Below the pieces are notes generated by a model. It made no database searches and had not been told where the DNA came from. It saw only the letters and a program-made list of their open reading frames with translations. 64,000 nt of DNA from Deltaproteobacteria bacterium (GTDB lineage Bacteria; UBA10199; JACPAL01). Of this stretch, positions 19,156-29,507 are shown in pieces (positions within the stretch are counted from its first letter, which is position 1; every line of letters starts with the position of its first letter). The position numbers and the translations under genes are program-made. The DNA lies in the NCBI GenBank assembly GCA_016180855.1, contig JACPAL010000010.1:118988-182987 (forward strand). Reading direction: 5' to 3'.

Positions 19156-19797
19156 TCATCTGCTTCCAAGAATCTCCGTCAGAGATTTGCCGAACAACGG
19201 ATTCGGTATCCGGCTCACCAGAAAGTCGTCATAGATTTTTTTTGCCAGTTTGTCATCCGACTTGAATTTTTTTTTGTATTCGGCGGTTGTCATTGTCTTG
19301 ATATCCAGCGGCGTCGAAAACAAGAGGGACCACTCTATGAGATATTTCGGAAGAGTCTTGTCAATCTCTTGAACCTTTTTGGGGTTGGAGCAGAGCAGGA
19401 GAATATCCCAATCGCTTCCTTGCGTCGCCTCTCCCCTGGCGACACTGCCATAGATCAGGGCAGAATCAATGTTCGTCTCCCCAAACGTAGTCCGAAGAAG
19501 CTTCCCCAGTTCCTGAAAGAGATTTCCTTCCAGGTCAAATAACGGAAGAACTCCTTTTTCAACCAGGAGGTTCCTGCGATTTAAGGTGAAGACATGGCTT
19601 CTCCCTCGAACCTTCTTCTCCAGGATACCTTGTTCGACTAGTTCTTGAAGGGGGCGCAGGATGGCAGGCTGGGAAACTTGAGCAACCTTGGCGAGCCTAC
19701 GACCGGTCTCTTCCCGGTAACCGGCGGCCAAGTGCCTCAAAATACGTACCTTGCTTAAGTTTCCCAGAACTTCATCAAAGGGGGTGGTGGGGCTCAT
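19156..19797 (-). CDS. Winged-HTH fused to a minimal nucleotidyltransferase (MNT-like), with no HEPN partner
   Basis: GS...DxD motif (YGSVARGEATQGSDWDILLL) after an N-terminal wHTH. Same architecture as the MNT at 49273..49896. Confidence 0.7.
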   Translation of the reverse strand: MSPTTPFDEVLGNLSKVRILRHLAAGYREETGRRLAKVAQVSQPAILRPLQELVEQGILEKKVRGRSHVFTLNRRNLLVEKGVLPLFDLEGNLFQELGKLLRTTFGETNIDSALIYGSVARGEATQGSDWDILLLCSNPKKVQEIDKTLPKYLIEWSLLFSTPLDIKTMTTAEYKKKFKSDDKLAKKIYDDFLVSRIPNPLFGKSLTEILGSR

Positions 19798-19820
19798 ATG
19801 ATAATAATATTTATCATATG
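19795..19820. promoter_or_regulatory. Perfect 10-bp inverted repeat overlapping the start codon; putative autoregulatory operator
   Basis: CATATGATAA-(6 nt)-TTATCATATG. The ATG of the 19797 gene lies inside the left arm. The flanks are AT-rich. Confidence 0.5.
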
Positions 19821-19904
19821 ATAATATAACTTATCAACATTTTTAAAAATTAACTCGCAACCTACATTAGGGGGGGCGAAGAGCCAAGCAAGGAGAAGCC
19901 ATCC

Positions 19905-20474
19905 ATGTCACAGACAACTTGTTCCCTTAGAGAATCTGCCAACAAGGTACTCGTAGACCCTCAGTTGCCTGATTCCAGGAAGAAAGAACGTTTAGAAAAT
20001 ATGCACGCTGCTTTTCTGGATGAATATAAGAGAGAATTTCCTGACATCAAACTCTCCGTCAGTTCAGAAACTAATTCAAAAAACGGAGAAATCAGGATCC
20101 CTCCTTTTCAAAGAGGATTAATGGACGTTTCTTTTTATGAGCACCATAGAAATATCTGGACCACTTTGAACGAGGTCGGCAGTGCAACCGACCGAATTTT
20201 CACAAACCAGCATTTCCTTGCTTTTGAGATCCCACTAATGGCCTCACTTGTTACGCTACTGCTTGGCAGTTTTCCCAATACCGGCCGATTTCACCAATTA
20301 GTGCGGAGAGTTTTGGGATTGAATGAACGATTTGCGGTCTCCTCCTGGCCTGGTCTCATTAGACCTATCGCTATACTTCTAGGGCCTGCCGCCTTAGCTG
20401 GTGCAATAACATACCTGGCCTACAAAGATCGGGCAACCGTCTTTCCGCCTCTTCCTATGAAGCATTGCTCTTAG
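19905..20474 (+). CDS. Hypothetical protein
   Basis: 189 aa ORF in a lower-GC islet. Hydrophobic C-terminal segment. Confidence 0.45.
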   Translation: MSQTTCSLRESANKVLVDPQLPDSRKKERLENMHAAFLDEYKREFPDIKLSVSSETNSKNGEIRIPPFQRGLMDVSFYEHHRNIWTTLNEVGSATDRIFTNQHFLAFEIPLMASLVTLLLGSFPNTGRFHQLVRRVLGLNERFAVSSWPGLIRPIAILLGPAALAGAITYLAYKDRATVFPPLPMKHCS

Positions 20475-20604
20475 GAACCAAAATTCAGGTGCCTGGCAAC
20501 TAAATTGATTTTCTGAGTCAGAAGTTTCTTTAGGCAAGGCGCCCATGAGCGAGCGACCTTAAGCGTACTGTGGAATGACAGTCATGTTTTCTGGGGGGAT
20601 AGGG

Positions 20605-21078
20605 TTAATGACTGGAAATTGAATAGTGTATCGAGGCAATCAGGCTGTAGGCCATCATCAATCCGCCTCCGATGATAATTCCCCCTTGAATCTTTCCACG
20701 AGGGAAAAAGAGCCCACCAGCGACTGTTGAAATTCCTGAGAGAAACCAGAGGCCACCCTTTAGAAGATTGCCCGCCTTTTCCACTGCCTCCGATCTCTTC
20801 AGTGAGGCCTGTCTTTCAACCTGTTCAGAGGCGACCCTTAACTCCTGCAGCCGTCCTCCCGGTTTGTGGGTCTCTTGCAACAGCGCGTGACAGGAGGCTG
20901 TCATCCCTTGCTCCGGGCAACTGTAATGTTTTAATACCCTATAGATATAGGCCCTATCACCCACACTAAAGGTGTTGCGATCCTGCTGGTATGATCTTGC
21001 GACCTCATCAATCTCCTCAAGCGTGACCCCTTTAGACCTCACCTCGTGGAGTGCCTGAAGCATCGGTTCTGAAATCAT
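20605..21078 (-). CDS. Hypothetical membrane protein
   Basis: 157 aa. C-terminal Gly-rich TM helices. Confidence 0.45.
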   Translation of the reverse strand: MISEPMLQALHEVRSKGVTLEEIDEVARSYQQDRNTFSVGDRAYIYRVLKHYSCPEQGMTASCHALLQETHKPGGRLQELRVASEQVERQASLKRSEAVEKAGNLLKGGLWFLSGISTVAGGLFFPRGKIQGGIIIGGGLMMAYSLIASIHYSISSH

Positions 21079-21158
21079 GGGATGACCTCCTTCTTTTTAC
21101 TTTTTAAGAGCGAGGTTATCTTCGGTTGGTACAAAGGGTGGTTGCGTAGAAAATGCCT

Positions 21159-22130
21159 TCAAACCTTAAACACGAGTGTCGTCTTCCCGATTCGGATCTC
21201 GTCGTTTGGTTGCAAGACATGCTCGGTGATCTTTTTGCCGCCGACGAATGTACCGTTGGAGGACTCGAGGTCGAGCAAGACGTATTTATTCCCCAAAATC
21301 TGAACCTGCGCATGCTGGCGCGAGACCTTCGCTTCCTTCAGGACGATATCATTAGCGGGGGAGCGACCGATCGTAATCTGGTGATCGACATTGATTGCCT
21401 GTCCTGAGTGTCCATTGTCGACAATAACCAGTTTTGGAACGCTAGGTGGGGTGGCGTCGATCGGAATCTTTGAGGTTGTCTCCATCGGTGATTGCTTGAC
21501 GGTCTCGTCATGCGTGGAGCCGGTTACGGCTTCTACGATGGGAACGGGTTGGGGACGGGAGGGAGCGGTTGTGGCCTTGGAGGCTGGAGGAGGTGAGGCA
21601 GCAGGAGGTGGTGGAGGCGGGGGAGCCGGCTTTTGAGCTACGACTGGTCGAGAGGCCTTTTCGGTCCACTCTTCTCCCTTGAGCACGCCTTCAAATCTCG
21701 TCAGGCTCTTATTCAGGAGATCCAAGGCCCCTTCAAGCCGCTTGACCTCCTGACCTCCTTCATTTGCAACCTTTTGGTACTCTTCTTTTGTAAATTCTCC
21801 CAATTCATGACGAAGTTTCGCCTCTTCAATTTTCTCCTTATGAAGGTTCAGGTTTTCGGTAAGTTTGAGTTTCTTCTCCGCCAAAACGATAATTTCAGCA
21901 TCGAGATCTTTTCGGAGCTCTTGAAACTTCTGACTGTACTGGTCGATTTTCTTCAGATAGTCGCTCTGGACGCGCCGGTAGACCGACTCACTCACCCCAC
22001 TTTTTGTCGCCTCGAGCTTTCTAATCCTCTCTTCAAGGAGAGACCTCTCTTGCTTGATTTTTGTTGCCTCCGTGAGGAGGGACTCATTGATTCTATGAGT
22101 AGTTTCCTGGTCCGATAATTTATCCGGCAT
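21159..22130 (-). CDS. FHA-domain protein with an N-terminal coiled coil and a poly-Pro linker
   Basis: C-terminal FHA signature (ITIGRSPANDIVL...VSRQHAQV...SSNGTFV). PPPPPPP linker. Confidence 0.8.
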   Translation of the reverse strand: MPDKLSDQETTHRINESLLTEATKIKQERSLLEERIRKLEATKSGVSESVYRRVQSDYLKKIDQYSQKFQELRKDLDAEIIVLAEKKLKLTENLNLHKEKIEEAKLRHELGEFTKEEYQKVANEGGQEVKRLEGALDLLNKSLTRFEGVLKGEEWTEKASRPVVAQKPAPPPPPPPAASPPPASKATTAPSRPQPVPIVEAVTGSTHDETVKQSPMETTSKIPIDATPPSVPKLVIVDNGHSGQAINVDHQITIGRSPANDIVLKEAKVSRQHAQVQILGNKYVLLDLESSNGTFVGGKKITEHVLQPNDEIRIGKTTLVFKV

Positions 22131-22185
22131 AACTATTATATCCTAACCCACTGATCTTACTATAATTTTAATGGCATTGGAAGAA

Positions 22186-23343
22186 CTAAATAACCCTGAC
22201 AATCCAGCACTGTAGATAGGCCGATTCCGGAAAACTAAAAAGTACGGGGTGGTCTGAGGCAGCCCCCCTTTTCTCCAACAGTTGTATTTCGCGGTAAGTG
22301 TCCTTTGAGGCCGAGAGAAGCATCTCATAAAACATATCTTGAGTGAAATTTTGAGAACAGGAACAGGTGACGAGGATGCCACCCGGTTTAAGAAGCTTCA
22401 TCGCACGGAGATTAATCTCCTTATAGCCCCGAGTGGCACTCTGGATTGCCTTCCTGCTTGAAACGAAGGGGGGAGGGTCGAGGAGAATCATATCGAACGG
22501 CTCACCCTGATTTTGGCAGGAGCGAAGATAGTCGAAGACATTCGCCCCCAATGTGTGAACATTTTGAATCTGATTGAGGGCCAAGTTCTCTCCGAGTATT
22601 TTTAGAGAAGATTCTGAAGAGTCGACAGCAATAATCTCATCAGCTTGAGAGGCAGAGTGGATCGAAAAACCTCCCTGGTAACAAAAGAGATCCAGAACTC
22701 TTCCACGGGCATACCGATTTGCGGCCAGGTGATTTTCTTCTTGATCGAGGTACAATCCCGTTTTCTGACCTTCCAGCGGGTCGACCCTGAAGGAATACCC
22801 GTTTTGGTTAACGACAAGGTTGTCTGGAAGATTTCCCTTCAGGATGCCTTTTTGTAACAACAAGCCCTCTTTTTCGCGCACAGCAACATCGTTTCGCTCA
22901 ATGATCGCTTTCGGGTGGAGCTGTTCCTCGATTAGCTCAATCCAGGTTTCCTTCAAACGATCCATCCCCAGGGTTAATGTTTGAAGGACAATGGCATCCC
23001 CATATCGATCAATAATTAAGCCCGGTAGAAAATCGGCTTCACCAAAAACCAGGCGTGTTGAAGGGGCAGCCGGGTTTCGGCGTGCAATTGCTTTGCAGAG
23101 TCTGGTTCGAAAAAAATCACGGTCAACCTCTTCTTTTCTGCGCGTCAGAAGTCGGACCGTGATTTGCGAGGCGGGGTTGAAGTAGCCTCTTCCCAGGAAA
23201 CGTCCTTTTGGAGTGGTGATGTCAACGATGGCCCCCGTTGAGGTGTTCTGAACATGTGTGATGTCTGACTTGAAGACCCACGGATGGCCTTGCTCGATTC
23301 TATCCTGGCCATGACGGTTGATGGTGATTTGGGGACGCGACAT
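22186..23343 (-). CDS. rlmI: Class I SAM-dependent 23S rRNA (m5C) methyltransferase, RlmI/RlmK-like (PUA + MTase)
   Basis: The ATG at 23343 overlaps the upstream stop (TAATG). GHPWVF PUA-like N-terminus and a C-terminal SAM MTase fold. Confidence 0.7.
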   Translation of the reverse strand: MSRPQITINRHGQDRIEQGHPWVFKSDITHVQNTSTGAIVDITTPKGRFLGRGYFNPASQITVRLLTRRKEEVDRDFFRTRLCKAIARRNPAAPSTRLVFGEADFLPGLIIDRYGDAIVLQTLTLGMDRLKETWIELIEEQLHPKAIIERNDVAVREKEGLLLQKGILKGNLPDNLVVNQNGYSFRVDPLEGQKTGLYLDQEENHLAANRYARGRVLDLFCYQGGFSIHSASQADEIIAVDSSESSLKILGENLALNQIQNVHTLGANVFDYLRSCQNQGEPFDMILLDPPPFVSSRKAIQSATRGYKEINLRAMKLLKPGGILVTCSCSQNFTQDMFYEMLLSASKDTYREIQLLEKRGAASDHPVLFSFPESAYLQCWIVRVI

Positions 23344-25229
23344 TAGTTCATGCAGAGCCAGACACGGCAAGGGGCATTCTTCACAACATGATCAACGGTT
23401 CTTCCCAGAGTGGTTGTTGTCTTTCCCTTTTGAGATCGGATCCCCATGACAATCAGGTCATATTGACCTTCACGGGCGGCCTCTACAATCGCAGCACCAG
23501 CTTCCCGGGACTGAAGGACATGGGTCTCCACGTTGACGAGACCAAATTCGCTGGCGATCGCCTGGGCTCGTTCGAGAGCGTTGTCTGCACTGGCCAGTTT
23601 TTCCGGGAAAAAGGTGTCGAGAGGGAGTGTCGTCGGGATTTCGATGACGTACAAGGCCGTCAAATGGGCATCATGCTGAAGGGCAATTTTTGCTGCATGT
23701 TGCACTGTTTCTGTGGAGATTCCACCCAGGGTTGGAACAATAATCTTTTTAATCGGGACGTGCTGGTATTCCGGCATCACAATTTTTTCAAACTCCAGCC
23801 TCTCACTGGCCGGGAGATGTTTTTTACGGCGGTAAGAAAGGTAGGCGGTAATTCCCAGGGCCATCCAGAGAAAGCCCAAATCTCGGCCGGCTGGTTTTGT
23901 AAAAATCACATCAATCCAGACAGCAAGGGTTCCCAGGAATCCGATGACGGCGGTTACAGGGATCTCATATTTTGAGATCCGGATGTTTCCTCTGACCTTA
24001 TAGGGGCGGTTCATTTCAGGTTCCCGGATTCTTAAGCTCAGCATGGAGAGATGGGCGAGAGAGAAAGCAAGCATGGCACCAAAATTATAAAGTTCTGCAA
24101 TAAAGGTCAGCTTTTGTGCGACAAGAATGATGAGAGAGGAGAGGACAGCAAAAGTGATGAGAGAGACATAAGGGGTTTTGAATCGATGATGAAGCCGGTA
24201 AAAAATACGTGGGAGCTGGAAGGTTTCCCCCATGGCAAATGTGAGTCTTGAGGCACCCACAAGCCCCGCATTGGCTGCAACAAAAAGGATCGTGGCACCC
24301 AGAATCGCCACCCACGGTCCCAGGATCTGTCCTCCAATTGGCAGGGCCGCTGCGATTCCTGCAATAGGGTCCTCAAGATAGGTTGTAGAAAGTGTTTTGG
24401 GATGGATCGCTGAGAGGGCGACTAACGAAACACCAAAATACATCACAAACAACGTTATCATCGTAAGCATCATGGAGCGGGGGACATTTCTCCCAGGATT
24501 TTTTGTCTCCCCTGCCAATTGAGCGATTGATTCAATGCCGATGTAGGCGACCATCGCCATTCCAACACCCTTCATGAACTGGGGCAAGGTCGGAGACCAA
24601 TCGACCTCTGCAACACCAATTCGCATATGCTCCCAGAGATAAGGGAGGTTCAGAATGGTAATAGCCCCAATAAAGATAACCGAAAGCTGGGTTAGAATAT
24701 CAAAGAGACAAAGGCCCAGCGAGATCCTTGCTGATTCACGGATTCCGACAAGATTCAGGGAAAGGAGAATTCCGATCATAATCAAAGCGAACGGGATGTT
24801 GCCAATGGATGACTTTAAGATGGGGAAGAAGTGACTGAGGTAGGGGCCTATACTGTAAGCCGAAATCGCTATTGTGACGATGTAGTCGAGCAGGAGGGCC
24901 CATCCCGCGATAAAAGAGACAAGGTCATTGAAGGCCCTTCGTGCGTAACTGCAGGAGCCACCCGATTCCGGCATGGCGGCTGCCATTTCCGAATAGGTTA
25001 ATACGGTGCAGAAGAAGACAATGCCTGCCAGTGCGAGGGCTAACGGCGCGGCCCCAAGGGCATAGAGGGTCGTGACACCTAAGGCATAGTAGATTGAAGA
25101 GCCGACATCTCCATAACCAATGGCAAAAAGGGATGGGATTCCGAGAAGCCGCTGGAGGGAACCTTTTTCGAGCGTGACAACCTTTTTGCGCTCTTCGCTC
25201 GTTAGATCAATGCCTGTTTCGGGTGACAT
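23343..25229 (-). CDS. APC-family amino-acid permease fused to a C-terminal universal stress protein (UspA) domain
   Basis: 628 aa. Twelve TM helices of APC type, then a Usp domain (...ALYVIEIP...DLIVMG...). Confidence 0.8.
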   Translation of the reverse strand: MSPETGIDLTSEERKKVVTLEKGSLQRLLGIPSLFAIGYGDVGSSIYYALGVTTLYALGAAPLALALAGIVFFCTVLTYSEMAAAMPESGGSCSYARRAFNDLVSFIAGWALLLDYIVTIAISAYSIGPYLSHFFPILKSSIGNIPFALIMIGILLSLNLVGIRESARISLGLCLFDILTQLSVIFIGAITILNLPYLWEHMRIGVAEVDWSPTLPQFMKGVGMAMVAYIGIESIAQLAGETKNPGRNVPRSMMLTMITLFVMYFGVSLVALSAIHPKTLSTTYLEDPIAGIAAALPIGGQILGPWVAILGATILFVAANAGLVGASRLTFAMGETFQLPRIFYRLHHRFKTPYVSLITFAVLSSLIILVAQKLTFIAELYNFGAMLAFSLAHLSMLSLRIREPEMNRPYKVRGNIRISKYEIPVTAVIGFLGTLAVWIDVIFTKPAGRDLGFLWMALGITAYLSYRRKKHLPASERLEFEKIVMPEYQHVPIKKIIVPTLGGISTETVQHAAKIALQHDAHLTALYVIEIPTTLPLDTFFPEKLASADNALERAQAIASEFGLVNVETHVLQSREAGAAIVEAAREGQYDLIVMGIRSQKGKTTTTLGRTVDHVVKNAPCRVWLCMN

Positions 25230-25407
25230 TTTTTGTTTAAGGATTTCTTAGTACTTCGACTCGTAATTACCATGACGTATCTGAAAAGCCAAAAAAATCA
25301 ATCAAATTACTCGCTCAGCACTAGTCCTGAGTGAATAAATTCGTCTTTCAAGTACTTTCCTTGACTTGACTCGTTGATGTGATACCTTCAACAAGGGACC
25401 CAAGTCA

Positions 25408-26349
25408 ATGGCGGCCAAGAAAAATATTGTGATTGGGAGTCGGGGGAGTCAACTAGCGCTTTGGCAGGCAACGCATGTTAAAAACATAATTGAAAAACAT
25501 GATGTTAGCTTAAAAATAACCATAAAAGTTATCAAAACAACCGGTGACAGGATACAAAACAAGCCCCTTTTTGAGTTTGGTGGCAAGTCATTGTTTTTAA
25601 AGGAATTAGAAGAGGCCTTGAGGACTAAAGAGATAGATCTCGCTGTCCACAGTATGAAGGATGTCCCCGCTGACCTCCACTCTGACTTTCAGATTGCCGC
25701 GATTCTGAAACGGGAGGATCCGAGGGATTCCTTTGTATCGAAAAAGTATGATTCGCTGCTCCATCTTCCTAAAAAGGCAAAGGTCGGTACGAGTTCTTTG
25801 CGCAGGCAGGCACAAATCAAGAATTTTCGGCCAGATTTTGAGGTGATTCCTCTTCGGGGGAATCTGGAGACAAGGCTCCGAAAACTCGGAACCCAGAACC
25901 TATCAGCCATCATCCTTGCGGCGGCCGGTCTGACACGTCTCGGAATGACCAAGAGAATAACCGAGTATCTTCCAACAACACTCATGCTCCCCGGAGTGGG
26001 GCAGGGGGCAATCGGGGTGGAGACAAGGGCGGGTGATCCTGAAATTATGAGGTTGGTTGACTTCTTAAATGACCCTGAAACGGTGACCTGTCTTACAGCC
26101 GAGAGGAGCTTTCTCAAGGCCTTGGGGGGAGATTGTCGTGCCCCGATTGCGGGATATGCCGAGATCAACGGGATGACGTTAAAGTTGACCGGAATGGTTG
26201 CCACGCCCGATGGACGCGATCTGATCCGTGATCGGGTCGAGGGGAATTTTCGTGAGGCGGTCTCGCTAGGAGAGGCATTGGCCAAATCCCTCTTTTCACA
26301 AGGCGGCAGGGAAATTCTCCGCTCCTCCGCCAATTATCTAAAAAAATGA
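25408..26349 (+). CDS. hemC: Hydroxymethylbilane synthase (porphobilinogen deaminase)
   Basis: GSRGSQLALWQA N-terminus and the conserved GDC dipyrromethane-cofactor Cys. Confidence 0.92.
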   Translation: MAAKKNIVIGSRGSQLALWQATHVKNIIEKHDVSLKITIKVIKTTGDRIQNKPLFEFGGKSLFLKELEEALRTKEIDLAVHSMKDVPADLHSDFQIAAILKREDPRDSFVSKKYDSLLHLPKKAKVGTSSLRRQAQIKNFRPDFEVIPLRGNLETRLRKLGTQNLSAIILAAAGLTRLGMTKRITEYLPTTLMLPGVGQGAIGVETRAGDPEIMRLVDFLNDPETVTCLTAERSFLKALGGDCRAPIAGYAEINGMTLKLTGMVATPDGRDLIRDRVEGNFREAVSLGEALAKSLFSQGGREILRSSANYLKK

Positions 26350-27908
26350 AGTTTCAGACGGGACTGGTTTACTTGGTGGGGGCGGGACCTGGCGATCCAG
26401 GGCTCATCACCTTGAGAGGAGCCGAGGTGCTCCGCAAGGCGGACGTTGTCCTTTATGATTATCTTGCCAATGAGCGCCTTTTGACCCTCGCTCCGAAAAA
26501 GGCTCGCCTGATCTTCGTCGGCAAGGGAAAAAAGGAGGGGAGACTTAAACAGGAGTCGATCAACCGACTCATGATCCGCAAGGCGCTATCGGGGAAGGTG
26601 GTGGTTCGTCTGAAAGGGGGGGACCCGTTTGTCTTTGGTCGTGGAGGGGAGGAGGCTCTCGCCCTGGCTGACCATCAGATATCGTTTGAAATTGTTCCAG
26701 GAATCACTTCACCGATTGCAGCCCCTGCCTATGCCGGTATTCCGATGACCCATCGTGATTATGCCTCAACGGTTGTGTTTGTTACCGGGCATGAGTCTGA
26801 TGAGAAAGAGATCCTGAATCTGGATTGGGACTCTCTTTGTAAAATAGAAACGATTGTTTTTTTGATGGGTGTCAAGACATTGCCCGTAATAACCCAAAAA
26901 CTGGTGGAGGCCGGCCTCTCCCCCTCAATGCCGGTAGCGGTTGTTCAGTGGGGAACATTGCCCTACCAGAGGGTTGTTGTAGGGATTTTGAAGACGATTG
27001 CCGAAAAGGTCAAAAGGGAGAATATTGATCCTCCGGCGATTATCATTATAGGAAGCATTGTGGCCTTACGAAATAAACTCCGGTGGTTTGACAAGAGACC
27101 CCTTTTGGGGAAACGGATCCTCGTTACACGGGCCCGTGAGCAGGCGAACGAGCTGGCGGTGGGATTGGAGGCGTTAGGGGCGCTCGTTTATGAGATTCCT
27201 ACCATCGAGATCAGACCTCCCTCAAGCTGGAGGGGGATTGATCGGGCGATCTCTCGGCTTTCCGATTACGATTGGCTGATTTTTACGAGTGCCAATGCAG
27301 TTCGATCCTTCTTCCAAAGGCTTAAAGAGAAGGGAAGAGATATTCGTGATCTTGTAGGGATCAAGATAGCGGCGATTGGTCCTGCGACGGCGCGTGAAAT
27401 TGAGGGGAAGGGAGTACTCGTTGATTCGATTGCTGGAGAGTATCAAGCGGAAGGGGTCATCAAAATCTTTGGCAAGAAGAAAATTTGGGGCAAAAGGATC
27501 CTGATCCCGCGTGCCAGGCAGGGGCGTGAGATATTGATCCAAGAGCTCACGCGGTTGGGAGCTAAAGTTGATTGGGTGGAGGCGTATCGTACAGGTGTCC
27601 CTTCTCGAAGAAGCTGGGGCGATATTCCTCTTCATCAATTGATCGAAGAGCGGAAGATCGATCTGATGACGTTCGCGAGTTCATCGACCATTGATAACTT
27701 CATGAAAATGGCTGGAAAGAGGCTTCGCAAGGAAGTCTGCAAGATTCCGGTCGCTGTGATCGGTCCTGTGACGGCGACAACGGCACGGGAACATCAATTA
27801 AATGTGAAGATAGAGCCGAGGCGTTCGCATATACCGGCATTGATGGAGGCGATTGCTCGGCATTTTTCAGCTCGATTGACAATGCCAGGCAAGAATCGCT
27901 ACATTTAG
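26346..27908 (+). CDS. cobA/hemD: Uroporphyrinogen-III C-methyltransferase fused to uroporphyrinogen-III synthase
   Basis: N-terminal LVGAGPGDPGLITLRG (SUMT) and a C-terminal HemD-like half. 4-nt overlap with hemC. Confidence 0.88.
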   Translation: MKFQTGLVYLVGAGPGDPGLITLRGAEVLRKADVVLYDYLANERLLTLAPKKARLIFVGKGKKEGRLKQESINRLMIRKALSGKVVVRLKGGDPFVFGRGGEEALALADHQISFEIVPGITSPIAAPAYAGIPMTHRDYASTVVFVTGHESDEKEILNLDWDSLCKIETIVFLMGVKTLPVITQKLVEAGLSPSMPVAVVQWGTLPYQRVVVGILKTIAEKVKRENIDPPAIIIIGSIVALRNKLRWFDKRPLLGKRILVTRAREQANELAVGLEALGALVYEIPTIEIRPPSSWRGIDRAISRLSDYDWLIFTSANAVRSFFQRLKEKGRDIRDLVGIKIAAIGPATAREIEGKGVLVDSIAGEYQAEGVIKIFGKKKIWGKRILIPRARQGREILIQELTRLGAKVDWVEAYRTGVPSRRSWGDIPLHQLIEERKIDLMTFASSSTIDNFMKMAGKRLRKEVCKIPVAVIGPVTATTAREHQLNVKIEPRRSHIPALMEAIARHFSARLTMPGKNRYI

Positions 27909-27927
27909 GACAAAACAGGAGACACCG

Positions 27928-28515
27928 ATGATTAACATGACCGAAAGGGCCCGCGATAAGATCAAATTCTTCATGAAAGACAAGAGCCTCTATGAATGGG
28001 GAGTTCGGGTTCGGTCACAGGGGGGGCAGTTTGGATTTGCCCTGGAGCCGTTCAACAAATCGTCTCCTGGTGATCAGGTCATCGATACGGATGGGATCAA
28101 GATTATTGCCGATGGTCGGACGGCCATGCTCCTTGAGGGGGCGACGGTTGATTTCCTCGATACTGGTGCGGCCGCCGGTTTTACCGTTGAAATAAAGCAA
28201 GGTCCCTCTTCAATGCCGGGGACAGGTGGCCCTGATCTCTCCAACCCGCAGGCCAAGAAGGTCTACGAGATCCTTAATAACGAGATCAATCCTGCCTTGG
28301 CCTCCCACGGGGGTCGTGCCCAGCTGCTCGATGTGAAAGAGAACGTTGTTTATTTAAAATTCGGTGGCGGTTGTCAGGGGTGCGGGATGGTCGATACGAC
28401 CGTCAAGCAGGGGATTGAGGCCCGCATCAAACAGGTCATGCCGGAGATTATTGCGGTTCGTGACGAGACTGATCATGCAGGTGGAAAGAATCCGTACTAT
28501 CGGGCGACGCACTAA
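27928..28515 (+). CDS. nfuA: NfuA-like Fe-S biogenesis protein (degenerate A-type domain + Nfu domain)
   Basis: C-terminal Nfu CxxC (GGGCQGCG). The N-terminal IscA-like domain lacks Cys. Confidence 0.7.
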   Translation: MINMTERARDKIKFFMKDKSLYEWGVRVRSQGGQFGFALEPFNKSSPGDQVIDTDGIKIIADGRTAMLLEGATVDFLDTGAAAGFTVEIKQGPSSMPGTGGPDLSNPQAKKVYEILNNEINPALASHGGRAQLLDVKENVVYLKFGGGCQGCGMVDTTVKQGIEARIKQVMPEIIAVRDETDHAGGKNPYYRATH

Positions 28516-28637
28516 CCCGTCAGAGTCTGCTATTTGATGGTTTTAATCTGTACTGTATACCCTAGGTACACGAAAACTTAAAAAATACCCTTCGAAACAA
28601 GCAACTTTGGGATCCACCTCCTACGATAATCTAGGCA

Positions 28638-29507
28638 ATGAAAGACACAGGCCAAAATTCTAACGGACGTATTGAAGTTTATTCTTATACTAACTACCGG
28701 AAATTATTAAAGGATTACTACGAGTCAGAAAAGAAGAATAACCCAGGCCGTTTTTCGTATCGGAGTTTTGCCAAAAGGGTTGGCCTGGCTACGTCTAACT
28801 TCTTGTACCAAGTGATTACTAGCAGAAAGAATCTTAGCTATTCCAGTACACAACGCGTCGCGCGGGCATTGGGTCTTAATCGTCGTGAGACACATTTTTT
28901 TGAGGCATTAGTACATTTTGATCAGGTTCGTGACCCCCAAGAGAAAATAGGGGCGTTTGAGAAGATGGTTTCGTTTCGCGAATATCGTTCATCGAAAAAG
29001 CTCGACCCGGACCAGTATGATTATTTCTCTAAATGGTACTATCCGGTCATTCGTGAACTGGTTCTGCTCCCTGACTTTCAGGAAAACCCGATCTGGATTT
29101 CAAAAAAACTTTCCTCACTTTTGACCGTTGATGAGGCTCGGGAGGCGCTCGAAAAACTTCAACGGATGAAGATGCTGGTTCGGGAATCGAATGGGCGGCT
29201 TTGTCAGGCAGATCCCAACTTGAAGACGGATGAGGATGTCACTTCGGCGGCCCTCCTGAAGTTTCACCAGTCGATGATGGAGCATGGAATGAAAAGTCTT
29301 CAGCAACCTGCAGAGAATCGTGAAATTTCCGCGCTGACGATGTCCCTTTCAAAAAAGCAGTTTTTTCAGGTGAAGGAGATGGCGCGCCAGTTTCACCGGG
29401 ATGTTCAAAAGCTGATTGCCGAGAATGGGACAGAAACGGTCGAGGGCATCTATCAGCTTAACTTTCAACTGTTTAATTTTGCCACGAGCAGAAGGAGAGA
29501 GCCATGA
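28638..29507 (+). CDS. TIGR02147-family protein (Fibrobacter/Bdellovibrio-type putative HTH regulator)
   Basis: N-terminal YTNYRKLLKDYY motif followed by an HTH. Lower-GC region. Confidence 0.55.
   Translation: MKDTGQNSNGRIEVYSYTNYRKLLKDYYESEKKNNPGRFSYRSFAKRVGLATSNFLYQVITSRKNLSYSSTQRVARALGLNRRETHFFEALVHFDQVRDPQEKIGAFEKMVSFREYRSSKKLDPDQYDYFSKWYYPVIRELVLLPDFQENPIWISKKLSSLLTVDEAREALEKLQRMKMLVRESNGRLCQADPNLKTDEDVTSAALLKFHQSMMEHGMKSLQQPAENREISALTMSLSKKQFFQVKEMARQFHRDVQKLIAENGTETVEGIYQLNFQLFNFATSRRREP

Noticed and set aside
21391-21636. Poly-Gly ORF
   Set aside because: It is antisense to the poly-Pro linker of the FHA protein.
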